A stretch of 55,407 nucleotides of DNA, the filler included, from Dirinaria sp. TL-2023a (taxonomy: Eukaryota): the NCBI GenBank assembly GCA_051941275.1. It is 3 parts of 3 records of this genome, joined end to end, with 100 filler letters (N's around TTAATTAATTAA, not from the genome) between each part and the next. Parts side by side here need not be neighbours in the genome. Positions count along the whole stretch, not along the records: positions 37,049 to 55,407 come from JAVEBF010000387.1; 2 more parts are not named here. One strand, given 5' to 3'. Numbering within the stretch: position 1 is the first letter of the stretch; the number at the start of each line of letters is the position of its first letter. This document shows, piece after piece, positions 37,410 to 50,172 of this stretch. The notes under the pieces are model-generated. The model did not search any database. It saw only the letters and a program-made list of their open reading frames with translations, and was not told the DNA's origin. The position numbers were made by a program, and so were the translations under genes.

Positions 37410-40405
37410 TCATTGGTCGTCACCCCTCGAAAGCATTTCCTCCATGACCTTCATCAGCACGGGCGGGACGGATTCGTCCGTCGCTCGAATCGTAGCGCGA
37501 TACATCTATGCCCCCAAGCAAATATTAGTATTCGGACAGAATAACCATAGGAGCAAGTAAATTATAGTCTTTCAACATACCTGACTTTCCCAATTCGGCT
37601 CCAGCCTTACCAATACCCCGACTTTTCCACTCACCATATGCACCACACTAGCCCCCACAATATTCCTGCTGTTCGGGTCCACGCCTTTCAGAATCCCCCA
37701 CCGCATCCCTTCTACCACCCTCCGCGTACTCTCTTCACTCATCGCGCTACGCCTTCCCCCATCAGCCAGTCCAAAGACCCGCTGGCATTCCCTCGGCGCG
37801 CCCCCGATCTGTCGCCAGCGCTTGAAGAAATCATCCGCTGAAAGATCGGCGGGATCCATGTATTTGTGCAGCACGACGGGCAGCTGCAGGGTTAGTGCCT
37901 GCAGGGCGCCGGCAAGGTAGCTGATGCGGATGGTTGGCGGGGAAGGCAGGGCCGAGATGCAATTGAACATGACCGTCTGCTGGGCTTGGGCTTCGTGATG
38001 GATGGTCGAGTCTGGGAGGCTTTTGGAATCAATTTTTAGTGAAGTGGTGCTAGGGTTGTCGAGTGTTGTTGTGAAGGAGCCGATGGGTGACAAAGAGCGG
38101 TTCGTGAAATATATAATTACGCATCCCATCGGGCCGCGGTATTCGGACCGCACACCGACTTGGATTTGAGGGTCTTCGTAGAGGATCCCTTCGTCTGCGA
38201 ATAGAAGGCGGCGGTAGCCTGGCTCCCAGCCTGGTGAGAGATGCGCTGCGGACGCGAGGTTAGGAGCTTTGATAGAGGTCGGGGTCAGATCTAGCCCTTC
38301 AAGATCGTGATTCGCACCGTTGGTGCCGTTTGTTAGGGCTTTAGCACCGTCAGTCGTGGTTGAGAGTGTACCATTCGCGGGTGTAAAGGAGCGTTTTTGG
38401 TTGGTGGTGCCAGTAGGTTGCGTGAGGATAATCTCCTTGGGATCTTCATTTGCGGATTTGCCGCCGACCACCCATGTGCGCTTGTCGGATGTATTCGCGT
38501 GTTTGCCATGCAGTCGCGAGAGTAGCGCGGACGTTCTTTCGGGGAAAGGAGGCATTTCGTCGCAGACGGTGCGCAGGAGATCGTCGGTAGGGAGTGTTGC
38601 AAGAGTTAGATATTCGCAGGCGCGCTGCTGCAGTTCGGAATCAAGGGTATGACTGTAAGCACGGAAAACGTAGAGGAGCTGGGTCTTGATTTCAGGGAAA
38701 AGGTTGACGAATTTGATAAATGATGAGAGAATAATAGCGCGAGTGCTTGAGGAGCAGCCAGAGAGCTTCGTGGAAAGGGCGAGGAATTGGTCGATAGGGT
38801 TGCAGGATTTATTGTCTGCTATTAAATGGCCGAATTCGCCGAGCAGATATCCGCCGATCTTGACGAGGGTTTCATGACATTGTTCTGCCTTTACATATGC
38901 GAGGATGGTTTGCGCTGCATACACCTGCAGCTCTTCGTTGTTCGTGACGATCTGGATGACTCGTTGCCAGACTTCATCACTAACGTGGTCTCCAGCCATG
39001 GCAATCAGCCGTAACGATATATCGACATACCATTGGATGTCAGTCGCATACTTCTCAGTCAGGATGGCGATTTTGAGAACCATCTCTTCCCGAATGGCAA
39101 AGTCGGCGGTCTGCAGGTATTTTAACAGCTCACTGACAATGGGCACAGCGTTGGTAGTGTCGCACATGCTGTATAGTAGATCTAGGCCTTTTCGTCGTAC
39201 GCTGATATCTCTATCCCTCAAGGAGCCGAGTATGATGTACTGGTGTCTCTTGATCGGGTCCAAGGTCTCAGATCGAGCCGCAAAGTGTGTCATTGCTTCT
39301 AAGCCGAGATAGCGAACATTGGTCTCCCTGGATTGAATGAATTTGCCGAGTCTGGAAGATATTTGAACCATTAGCTCTCTTTCCGTGTCCAAATGTATGA
39401 CTAGATTAATAGCCTCGAATAGTACTGCATTTTGAGCGTTATTTTGTTGCACGTTCTTGGGCATCTGCATCGCCTCGTGCAGTATTTGCTGTAGTGATTC
39501 CCGTATCAGGTTCCGAACGTGCGTATCTTCTGTGGACCTGTTAGCTTAATTGAAGTGAATTCGTATCAACAGATTTACCTGATGGCGGATAGTACTGCAT
39601 TAACCGTAATAACTTGACCTGTATCCATGGACAAGGCACCTTGTAATACAAATAGTCTGCTGCTACCTCATGATCAACCACGATCTTCTTCAGCCTCTGC
39701 GCAGCCTTAACGTATGCTCCTTTGTACTGGTCTGGCTCATCTTGTGCCAACGCCATCACCAGAGAAGTCACCGAGAGCGTGACCCCCATATCTGGGTCGT
39801 CCATTAGAGATATTATCCGCTCGGCCCACTCATGCTGTACAATGCCAGGATATTTCCGATACAGCCGTAACAGAGTCAACGCCGCTTTCTTCTTCACGAA
39901 TGCTTTTGATGTCCTAAGGCTGTCAGCTCCCAGCCATTAGAATCGAATAGCAATGTACTCACGGTGATATCAACAACGTATGTACATCTCCAGTAAGCGC
40001 CTCTCCCATCTCCCTTCCCCCGACATTAGCAATAGCATGCAGTGCCAAACAATTAAAGAGCTCATTATGCCCCGACAAGTCCTTCCTAATACTATTGACA
40101 ACCAAATGCAGCAACTCATGCTGCTCGTGTAAAAACAACGTAACGGCCAAGTATCCAATTTGCTTTTCCGAGTACTTGCTCGCACTGATCAGGTTCACCG
40201 CTTCCAGATGCCCGAAGTCGACATTCCAGCCCAGGATGTAGATGTAGAGCAACTTGCAGACGTATTTCTTGCGGTGGTATCCATTGAGGTTTCCCTCCTT
40301 GAACTTCTGCCGTACATTGGCCAGCTCCTTGTTGATGCGTTTCTCTTCGAGGTCACGAGCTCGAGCGTTGCGCAGGTCGGCTATGAACTGGACAAGACCT
40401 CGCAT
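37410..40405 (-). CDS. APL3: AP-2 adaptor complex subunit alpha (4 exons)
   Basis: MRGLVQFIADLRNARARDLEEKRINKELAN, KKKAALTLLRLYRK, VPCPWIQVKLLRL, ETNVRYLGLEAM, DSELQQRACEY and the appendage domain ending RLEPN..Q/MYRATIRATDE, with TGA at 37412-37410. Confidence 0.96.
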
Positions 40406-40923
40406 GGAAGAGGCATTGCCCGAGCTTCCTCGGCCCAGGAAGCCCGCCGCCGCCGCGCTCGCCAGCGTGAAGGGTGCGCCAGCGCTTCAGTTGTTTGTGG
40501 AAGGTGAGGCCGCTGGTAGAAAGGACTGTACCTTTGCGGCGTCTCAGCGGATCTGTAACGGATGCTCTCTGGTCCTGTTTATTTGTTGGTCTTGCAGCGC
40601 TAGCGAGGTCTTCGGTATCTCCAGGATCCCTCTGCGTCGTCCACGACTTGCAGATGGCCGTTTGTCAGACGATGCTTGATTCGTGGGACTTCTCAGAAGC
40701 TGAGACCGAAGCGTAAGCCGGGGTTCAATGGAGATAATCAAATTGCCGGGGTATTCCTGGATCCACTGCTTTCACCTTCCCCAGACATCGCTTAGCTAAG
40801 CTTGGCAGACGCGACTAAGCGAAGACGACAGTCTGGCTGTTCAATAATAATTAATACAAAGCGACCATCTCAGGCATTTGATTGCCTGTTTTTCATGCTA
40901 TTTCGCGTGGCTACGGCATCAAA

Positions 40924-42756
40924 ATGAAGTCAATTGACGCACTGATATTGCTGACATCGTTACTTGCTCGAGCCAGAGCTGCAGAAACCCCTCGTCCAAG
41001 AGGAGTAGGACCAGAATGCATGTTACCGGAGTTATTTCTTCAATTGGTGATTTCGACTGACTTCTTGCGCAGTCGCAAAGTTCTACAAGCCTACAGAGAG
41101 GTTCACATGCATCTCTAACCCTTCAGTGACCATTGAGTCCTCCCGCGTCAACGATGATTTCTGCGACTGCCCCGACGGCTCCGACGAGCCTGGCACGTCA
41201 GCGTGCTCCTACCTCTCCGAGCTCTCCCCCCACACACCCAGCGATATCTCCATAAGTGACTCGAATCGGACGCTCGCCCTTCCCGGCTACTACTGCAAGA
41301 ACAAAGGCCACCAGCCAAGCTACATACCGTTTCTGGCTGTCAACGACGGCGTTTGCGATTACACGTTATGCTGCGACGGAAGCGATGAATGGGCTAAGGC
41401 CGGTGGCATTGTGTGCGAAAACAAATGCAAGGAGATAGGCAAGGAATGGAAAAAACAGCACGAGCAGAGACAGAAGTCTGCAAGCACGGCGGCTAAAAAG
41501 AGGAAAGAGCTCGTAGCGGACGCGGCGAGGAGAAGGAAAGAGGTGGAAGACCGCATAGATACTATAGGCACCGAAATAGAAGGTGCGAAACTCAAAGTCA
41601 AGGACCTCGAAACCGCATTGGCAGATGCGGAACGGCAAGAAAGGGCGAAGGTAATCAAAGGCCCCGGCAAAGCTAGCCAGGCGCAAGTGCTTGCCGGGTT
41701 GGCCAAGGACAGGATAGAGGAGCTCCGGGGCTCATTGATCGAAGTGCGTTCTCAACGCGATAGTGCCAAATCAAAGGTGCTCGAGCTCGAGACCATCTTG
41801 GCACTGTTCAAGGACGAGTACAACCCCAATTTCAACGACGAGGGAGTCAAGCGAGCGGTCAGAAGCTGGGAAGAGTACGCTGCGCGAGACAAGGAGTCGG
41901 ACGGCAACGAAGCGCACGATCGCGATCTCGACGAGATCGCCAAACCCGACTCGGAAGGCGGGGCCATCAAATGGGAAGAATGGGAGAAAGGGGAGGAAAG
42001 CGACATAGATGTCCGTAAGTCAATCTCTCTCTCCAGAACCATACACCGCGCACACACTAGCCATTGCTCGAGACTCATTTCTCCACCCCACGCACAGTCT
42101 ACCAAATCGAAGAATACCTCCCCCCCGCAGTCCGGGACTGGGTCGACAAGAAACTGCGCGACCTCCGGCTCTTCCTGATCGAAAACGGCATCATCGCCCC
42201 CTCTCGCGGCAGCAGTGGCTTATCAGACACGGCGGAATCCAAAGAAGTCGCCGACGCGCGCAACGCGCTCAACGCCGCGCGCGACGGCCTCTCGGGCAAC
42301 GAAAACGAACTGACGCGGCACCGCGACGACCTGTCGCAGGACTACGGCCCGGACGACGTCTTCCGCGCGCTGAAGGGGCAATGCGTGTCCAAGGACTCGG
42401 GCGAGTACACGTACGAGCTCTGCTGGCTCGAATCGACGAAGCAGAAACCGAAAAAACGGGGCGGCGACACGGGCATGGGGAACTTCGTCGGCTTTGATAC
42501 CGTGATCGTGGATGATGAATTGCCGCCTGACGGTAAAGGGTTGGGCTCCGGCGAGAGGCGCGCGCTGAGGTACGAGAACGGCCAGCATTGCTGGAACGGA
42601 CCCAATCGCAGTACGCTGGTCGTCTTGGCCTGCGCGGAGGCGGATGAGATTTGGAAGATCACCGAGGAGGAGAAGTGTGTCTACCGCATGGAGGTGGGGA
42701 CGCCGGCTGTTTGTGGGAATGGGGCCGAGAGAACGAAGTCGAGAGATGAATTGTAG
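40924..42756 (+). CDS. GTB1: Glucosidase II beta subunit (PRKCSH/Gtb1), 3 exons
   Basis: Signal peptide, PRGVGPE/FAKFY, VNDDFCDCPDGSDEPGTSAC, VNDGVCD..CCDGSDE, a coiled coil, an MRH domain (GEYTYELCW, YENGQHCWNGPNRS, EEEKCVY) and a C-terminal RDEL ER-retention signal. Confidence 0.96.
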
Positions 42757-43471
42757 GATTATTTTTATTATGCGGGACTTTTTTAAGTATTTCTGGGCGG
42801 GGGATTATATAGATCATGGTTTATGTTGAATCAAAAAAGAAAAAAGAGACGCATGGTAGGTTTATCATCCCTTCAGAACTGGGTACTCGTGCCTAGGTAA
42901 TACAGATTCACAATTCTTGATCGATTTTAACATCTTATCACCCATTACACCTATCGCACATGGAGACAAAGCTGGTGGCTCACTACGGCAGTTGTACTTG
43001 TGCTCGTGCCTCGCCAAAGGTACATAAGATCTTACCTTACCTTATGTACTTTTAGAAGTCCACTTCGAACCCTAGCCCCTTGGGTTAGGTAAGATACTCT
43101 CTCAGATGACTTCCCTCTTCCCTTTGTGATAACTCATTCAACTCAAACAATGCAGAAACTTCTCGGTGCCTCACACCTTGAAGCCAGATTCGAATGGAGT
43201 TCTAGGATGCGGGCGCGCCGAGTATGGGCCAAAAAGCAGCAGCGCGAATCGCAATCTTCTCTTTTCTCAGCTCAGCCGCGATGTTTGACCCTTTTTCTCT
43301 CGCTCTTTCCTTCAAACAAAGTATATCCATTGAGATATTGAAGAGAGAGATCGAGAAAAAAAAAGGGTTTCCTAGTACGGATTAGTTTCGATGACAGTAC
43401 ATGTGTAAAAAAGCTAGGATCTCGGTTAATAAGGACTAAGGTAGGGGCTAGGAGCAAGGTAAATTGGTTTG

Positions 43472-43475
<4 letters not shown>

Positions 43476-43502
<27 letters not shown>
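43476..43502. repeat. Poly(A) tract, 27 nt
   Basis: Direct reading of the sequence. Confidence 0.9.
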
Positions 43503-43506
<4 letters not shown>

Positions 43507-46200
43507 GTGGCATGATTCTTCAAGGATCGAAGTAGGAGGTTGCAGTATGCGCATTCCTAAAGGAAGCGAGGGTTTAATCCAGGCTGAAGGAGGAAGAGCA
43601 TTGTGGGAGATAAGAAGAATGTGGGGTTTTCCAGCTGAGCGCGGATGAGTATGGAAAGCTTGACTTTTTATCGTGCTGCATAATTGGAGGAAGAAAGGAT
43701 TGAAGTCGAGGCAAGGACCGACTTCTACGGTGGCTCGGACTGTGTGTATATCTCTGTGGGGAAAAGGACGCTTGAAATCACTGAAGTTCGCGGAATATTA
43801 GGATGTTTCCGGGTTCTGTTCGAGAGTTAAGGCTTTCGTGATGATGACCGATTCGTTGACTGCGTCAGTTTCTCTTCTGAGCTCTTCCATATCTTCTGCC
43901 TACCTGTGCGAGATCGGTGGGAAATTGCCGCGAGACTATTCAAGTATCGTGACCACTACCGCCCAAGTACTGCCAGCAACGCAGCTGCAGCAGGATCTTT
44001 GCAATCAGTCTGCTCGATCAGCTGAGTTCAATGCAGGAACAGCAAACCGACAGGAAAGGGTGATGATAAGGGATTCGGCAACGAGAAATCAAAAGAGAGG
44101 ATTCACAAAGGATGGCTGGAGACTTGGTGTCTCTTGCGTAAGAATGAGCGGCTTCGGCATCCTACGGAGACTTATCGCGGCTACTCATACTGTGCTTCCT
44201 CCCCAAGCTTCCGCAAGCTGAAAGTAAGGGCAATCGTAGATACCTGAGATGGAGGTCGTCCTATGTGACCGTTCTCGTTGACAGAGTTTCGCAGGAAATC
44301 AAACCGAAACCAGAGGCAAGGGGGATGAGGATTGACTTCGCTGCATCAGTTAGAGGATGATGTGCATAAGAAACAACCAGCGTGGCACAGCACATGCATG
44401 ACAGGCTTTGGCAAACAGCGCAAGGAATGCCGATTTTTATCTCGATCCCACGCCCCAAGCAGGATCGACGGGAGTAGCCAGGGTGATTCGGTCCTTGTCA
44501 TCTGCTGCCCATATGAAGGTCGGACGGTCGAGACTGTTACCAGGTCGGTGCTCCGTGTCAGAGCTAGCAAACACCCTTCGGCGGATACTTGGAGAAGCCA
44601 ACGTAACAGGGGTTTCATGGGGTGGTGAGTTCGTGAGGCAGGCTGACATAGAACTAGTGACATGCCCCGTAGACGACGGGACTTTCAAGCTCTTTCTAGC
44701 AAAGGCTAGCCGGGTATTCCAAGAACCCAACAGAGTGGAACAGGCCGATACGATGGAACGACTGGCCGACTAGCGAAGCCAAGCGTGGTGAACAGGGCTG
44801 TCAATAGTTTCGCAGATCGGGCCCGCAGGAAGCTAACGTCTCGAACCGTAAGTGAAGAAGCCAATCAGCGCTCCCAATCGTCACATCATCTTTCCTCCCC
44901 CGCCCCTTTTTCATCCCAATTTAGTAGTCTCCTCTCTGTCCTTTTCGATAATAATGTCGTGCACGATCATACGAGCGCCGTACATACAGACATGGAGAGA
45001 CCCCAAAGGTAAGGTTGTTCACCGTTATGCTTCTTAGCTCTCTTTTCCTATGCCGCTGAATTCTCAGTTCGAATTCCTGCAGTCATATGGCCTTGACGTT
45101 GAAAAGTGGTGGGTGGGATGAAAGGAGCAGGAAGGTGTGGTGGCACAGAAGCGCAACCCATTTTTCAAGTGTTTCGGGAGCCTGTTTGCTCCACGTGGGC
45201 TGGATGGCCCGTAAGGCACGGAGTACGTACAGTAAGTGGAAACAGAAGTGAGCGAGCGACGGGGAGTTTTGCTGAGGGAGTCTATCATCCCTGGATATTT
45301 GCTGTGAGGCTTGTAGAAGGCGCACCTGAGCAACAATAATAAATGGCCAGAAAGGGGGGGAACAAGACCCTCGTAGATTGTGGTGATTACATTAGCTACT
45401 TCATCCCTGTGAGAAGTTGAGGGTTGAGTCAGACTCAGGGTGGTAAGGTAGTCGATGTAGGGTGGCCAGGTGGAATAATAAAGTATGAATAATAATATGT
45501 ACATACATATGTATGTAAGGTACAAGGGGTGAAAGATGCGACGCGCTAAATCTCCTCCACTCCGTAAACTCGTACCTGCTTTAATCCCTTTTGAACTGCC
45601 TCGACTGCCAATTGCCCCAAACCCCGGACTCGACCGACTACACGAAATGACCGCGCAAGCCTGATCTGGTCAAAGACACTACTCCCTGATTATTCCCTCC
45701 TTCTCAAACCACTCCCATGACTGATCCAAACCGGCTTTTCTTAATTTCCTCTCCTGCTCTCCTCCGTCCCGGACCCTCTTCCCCGGCCGCCTCCTTAGTC
45801 GCCAGTCGCGTGAAAGCCACGCTCGTCCCATCGCCACTCCACGACCTGTTCGATTTCTGGCTTTGAAAATAAAAAACTTACACAACGTCAAATTTCACTT
45901 TGATCTCGCGCAGCTGGGCTGCATATGCGGATACACCTTGAGGTTCTGCGAATCGCTTGGGCCCATCTGCAACCTAAATTGCACGCCCACGGCACCACGG
46001 GGACTTACACACAACTCGGCACGCTTTGCAACACGCCCGCAGGCGCAGCACGGGCAATTGGTGCGTCTCTCTGCGCTTGAACCACCTTACTTTCTCGCCA
46101 ATTGTGAGAGCACTACTCATTATCTAAGGCACCTATCCAGAAGACTTCGGTTGATAGGCTTCCGCTCTAAGCCTTACACTTTGTCCCACAATCCTCTACA

Positions 46201-49200
46201 ATGAACCGCTTTCGGTCGAAGAAGAGGAATCCGGAGAGCGCAGGCTCGACACGAAGGCCTTCGCTCGAGTCCGACGTTCCCCCTCTCCCTACTCTACCAT
46301 CAAAGTCGAAGACATTCAGGAGAAACAAGAAAATCGAACCGCCGCCTCCCAGGGCGCAAGTCGATATCTCGACGGCCTTACCGACCTCCGATGACTTTCG
46401 CACTAGTCTCCTCATGCCCAACCTGTCGGCAAGATTCAGTATGTTGAGAGAGCAAGACGACCCAACGTCGATGCTGGGGAAAGCGAATGACGATAGTGTC
46501 TTATTTCCAAAACGTGCCTCCCGACTGGACGTCTTCAATCGGCCTGGTCTGTCGAATATTGCAGAAGCAGACTCCTCGGCAGGATTGGTGCCTCGGCAAC
46601 TCAATCTCAGGAACGAGTCGTACTCCACCGTCGGCCACCCAACAGACGACGATACATCGCGCAATGGAAGCATAATGAGCAGGGCTAAGCCCGGGGAAAG
46701 TAATACGATGTTTGGTGGGAGGCAGAAGATCTTTAAGATCCCAGTAGAGAGTCCTGGATCGACGAAGAGTATCGGTGGTAGAGAAGGTAGTCCGGACAAG
46801 GCAGCAAAGGGGATGGGAGGCAAGGCACTGTACGAGTCAGACATAGCAATGTCGGCTTTCCAGCGACTGCGCGAGCAAGAGAAGGAAGAGAACGAGCGTG
46901 CGGGTAATGATCGACCTAGTACCAGATCATCCAAAGAAGACGAACGATCTGGCTCGCCACATGCGGCACACTACAACAGGAACCGTGAGACGTCTTCTTC
47001 TACAAACTCAGGCCCATCTTACCCTCGCACATCTACAGCGGCAACATCTGTGGCGTCCCAAAGATCCGTCTATGCAGGCTCACAAAATGCGAACCTTTCG
47101 TCAGGATCAGTGGTATCACCACCACCGCCAGGCTCACATGCAATGCCCAAATCAGAACGTCCGGGACCGAAGGCGAAAAGGCTGTACGGGCATGGATTGG
47201 ATCAGCATATGTACGAACAGCAATCGTCAGCAATGCACCGATTGGAGTCGTTGCACCGCCAACGAGCTGCGGTACCACCATCTTCTAAAAGTCTACCGCA
47301 GTCTCGCAGCGCGACTAGCCTCAACAATCGATACCAACGCAACGGAAATCTGTATGCTTCTCACAATCTCCGAACAGCAAGCCCACCGCCTACAGATGCA
47401 CCTTCACGACTGGCTGATTTCGATCTGGGACTGGATGATGAGAGCCCAATGTCAGGGAATGAAAAAATTGACTCAGGCTATGGCCGCTCTCCACCTTTAA
47501 GCCCTCCAAGAAGTCCGACGGAAGATCAAACGTTCATGTCGGCCCTCGAGCCGAACGATATTGGCAAAGCTACCGCCTCTGGAGCCTTCAACAAGCCCAG
47601 AAAGCAATACGACGAGCAACAGTACCTACAACGACAGAAGCAACTACAGCAAGGTCGTGAAACCCCTCCACCGATCAGACCCTTTTCACCCAACGCCCCT
47701 TCAATTGATGAGCAAGTGATAGGCCGAACGCGCAATGACTCGCAGGCAAGTAGCCAGTCAAAGGCCGGATCTGCCGTGCGTCCTCAAGGCTACTATGACC
47801 ACCCCATACACGATTCTCGACACAACGCCGCACCAGATATCCAAAGGTTACGGACACGTACGTCAAGTGGATCGTCCCTGGCTGGCAATAACACCAGCTT
47901 TCTTAATGGTTACAGTGGCAGCGAAGTCAGTTCTCAATCAGGGAATGACACAGACCTGGAGTCTCCTGTTGCTGGGACCCAGTATCAGGGTATCTCGGGA
48001 GCCATTGACGAAGCACCAAACCAAAGCTTTCCAGCTCCGGAACAACAACCGCGCCAACAACCGGAGCGTTTACCAACTACGATATCCGAGGAGACGACTT
48101 CCGATACGCTCAGTCAGAAGACCATTACCCATTCTCACAAGTCTTCTATAAGCAAATCTAAAGCTTCCAAACTGGATTCGCCCACACTCGGGCCAGCAAA
48201 CGGGTTGAGCGGTCTGGTACGAGCTCATCTACGAAATGATAGTGGCCAGTCATCAGTCTATCCTGAGCAATCTCCAAGCCTCCACTCCAGATTTCCCAGT
48301 GAAGACTACCGCAACCGTCACGAGTCATCCTTGACTCAAACGCAGACCTTTTTTAGTGGTGATATTCTGACTGACGACGGAAAAGACGTCAAAGCCTATC
48401 ATTTCCAAAGACCGTCCTATCCTGAGGAAATGCCGCCACCTCTCGCGGTAACGGCCCGCAATTTTCTAGAGCAAGCATCTGCTCTCAAAAGGCAAGAGTC
48501 GGCCAAAGCCAAGCAGATCTTAGGTAATGATAAGGCTCAGCGCATACTCGGACGAGAAGCACCTCGTTCAAGCCATGAATCACCAAACGTGCCATTGTGG
48601 CAAGATCAACTGCGTGCACATCATCATGCTAGAGGCGGCAGTACTGAGACTGAGAAAGAGCGAGAAGCTTTCGCAAACGAACTTGCGGAGAGAAGACGCA
48701 TGGTGCAGGACAACCTGAAGACTTTTGTTGAGACTGAAAGTAGATCCTCCAGTCCTGGACCTGGTCCTGGTGCCCAAGAAGATCACGCAGCACGGTCGGG
48801 ACACCCGTTTGGCAGCATAAGGCCGAAGAATAGCAGAGGATCGCTAGTTGCAAAGCACGAAAACCCTACGAAAGCGATGAAAATGCTGGGCATCGCACCT
48901 GGAGCGCCAGGTACGAATTCGGCGAATTCACCCAATCGACCTTCAACAGATGACTTCCTCCCTGAAGAAAGCGAGCAGCGGACCAGATATATGAATGATG
49001 GCCAGAGAGCCCAGATGCCATCGCGGCAGCAGCCGAAACCTCCTAGCCCGAGATCGTCCCCTCCAACGTCCAAGTCTACAAGATCAGAGCGCTCTGGCTC
49101 ACGATCTTCACCACAGAGAACCCCAGGAATTCGGAAGGGCGAGTCGACTCCAAGCACTAGTAGGGAACAAATCGCAGCTCAAAATAGCCAGCATCTTACT

Positions 49201-50172
49201 CGACCTGGCGCTCCGCCCGCACCTGGCGAAGAATACGTGCCGGTGATGATCAACCAAATGCCACCTGCAGAAAGATCTCAATCAGCATTGTCAGGTCGAA
49301 AACGCAGCAACAGCCGGCCAAGTGCACCGAGCTACTTCGACCAACGTGCGACCACGACGAGCCCACCAGGTACGTCGGCCAGTGCAGGTCATCCCGCACG
49401 ACCACCGCCAGTTGCTCCAGGTCATTCAGCGAATTCGACACTGGCACCGCAAGAATCGCCCCCAAGCTTCTCCGCCGTCCCATCACCATCACCACAGATG
49501 ATCACAACTCCTTCGCACGGGCACAGCTACAGTCGTCGTCCTACCTACCGCAAGGGCTCCGTCAACAAGCATGACATTTCCGAACCTTATTTTCTTTCCT
49601 GTACTTCTTCTGTGAGCACTGTAGATCTTCCACCTGGCGCTAGTCTCAGCAATGGCATGGACCCGCCGCCCCATGGCCCTCCCCCTTTACCTCCTCTGAA
49701 TCCTCGAAGGAAGCGCACACAGACTTTGCTGCAAGCTCTCGGACGGCTTGAGAAGACCGAAGCGCGACCTGGAACGGCTCCAGTGTCCGAGGATCCTTAC
49801 GAGGAGCGCAGCACGTTTTCCGCCGACGAGGGGGACCCGAAACCCAAATCCCGGCATAAGCTACGCAAATCATCAAGTGAAGGAGGCAACCTGAATACGA
49901 AAGCCAAACAGCAAGCAATGAAGGCTCCCAGTCCAGCTATGCCTCAGTTTCCACAAAATATGTCTCCCACTGCAAGCCCTTCATCGCGCCAATCTCCCGG
50001 GAACATCCTTACAGCTACAAACCCTCGAAATTATCACAACACTCACGAAGAGTCGGCAACCTCAAGTCCTGCTCGAAGGCACTATCCTCAGGATTTTCCA
50101 GTAGCGCCAAGTCCTGCTGCCATGCACCATTTCCAACCCAGCGACGGCCCTGCTTCGGCTGTTATGTTTTGA
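46201..50172 (+). CDS. Uncharacterised 1323-aa Ser/Pro-rich, largely disordered protein (intronless)
   Basis: Uninterrupted 3.97-kb ORF with low-complexity composition and ordered-looking islands (LPTSDDFRTSLLMPNLSARFSMLREQDDP, DIGKATASGAFNKP, GLSGLVRAHLRNDS, KHDISEPYFLS). Confidence 0.85.
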   Translation: MNRFRSKKRNPESAGSTRRPSLESDVPPLPTLPSKSKTFRRNKKIEPPPPRAQVDISTALPTSDDFRTSLLMPNLSARFSMLREQDDPTSMLGKANDDSVLFPKRASRLDVFNRPGLSNIAEADSSAGLVPRQLNLRNESYSTVGHPTDDDTSRNGSIMSRAKPGESNTMFGGRQKIFKIPVESPGSTKSIGGREGSPDKAAKGMGGKALYESDIAMSAFQRLREQEKEENERAGNDRPSTRSSKEDERSGSPHAAHYNRNRETSSSTNSGPSYPRTSTAATSVASQRSVYAGSQNANLSSGSVVSPPPPGSHAMPKSERPGPKAKRLYGHGLDQHMYEQQSSAMHRLESLHRQRAAVPPSSKSLPQSRSATSLNNRYQRNGNLYASHNLRTASPPPTDAPSRLADFDLGLDDESPMSGNEKIDSGYGRSPPLSPPRSPTEDQTFMSALEPNDIGKATASGAFNKPRKQYDEQQYLQRQKQLQQGRETPPPIRPFSPNAPSIDEQVIGRTRNDSQASSQSKAGSAVRPQGYYDHPIHDSRHNAAPDIQRLRTRTSSGSSLAGNNTSFLNGYSGSEVSSQSGNDTDLESPVAGTQYQGISGAIDEAPNQSFPAPEQQPRQQPERLPTTISEETTSDTLSQKTITHSHKSSISKSKASKLDSPTLGPANGLSGLVRAHLRNDSGQSSVYPEQSPSLHSRFPSEDYRNRHESSLTQTQTFFSGDILTDDGKDVKAYHFQRPSYPEEMPPPLAVTARNFLEQASALKRQESAKAKQILGNDKAQRILGREAPRSSHESPNVPLWQDQLRAHHHARGGSTETEKEREAFANELAERRRMVQDNLKTFVETESRSSSPGPGPGAQEDHAARSGHPFGSIRPKNSRGSLVAKHENPTKAMKMLGIAPGAPGTNSANSPNRPSTDDFLPEESEQRTRYMNDGQRAQMPSRQQPKPPSPRSSPPTSKSTRSERSGSRSSPQRTPGIRKGESTPSTSREQIAAQNSQHLTRPGAPPAPGEEYVPVMINQMPPAERSQSALSGRKRSNSRPSAPSYFDQRATTTSPPGTSASAGHPARPPPVAPGHSANSTLAPQESPPSFSAVPSPSPQMITTPSHGHSYSRRPTYRKGSVNKHDISEPYFLSCTSSVSTVDLPPGASLSNGMDPPPHGPPPLPPLNPRRKRTQTLLQALGRLEKTEARPGTAPVSEDPYEERSTFSADEGDPKPKSRHKLRKSSSEGGNLNTKAKQQAMKAPSPAMPQFPQNMSPTASPSSRQSPGNILTATNPRNYHNTHEESATSSPARRHYPQDFPVAPSPAAMHHFQPSDGPASAVMF

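Noticed and set aside
43838..45525. Several 100-150 aa ORFs on both strands
   Set aside because: They have no recognisable domains, mostly non-ATG starts, and overlap each other, so they are not supportable as genes.
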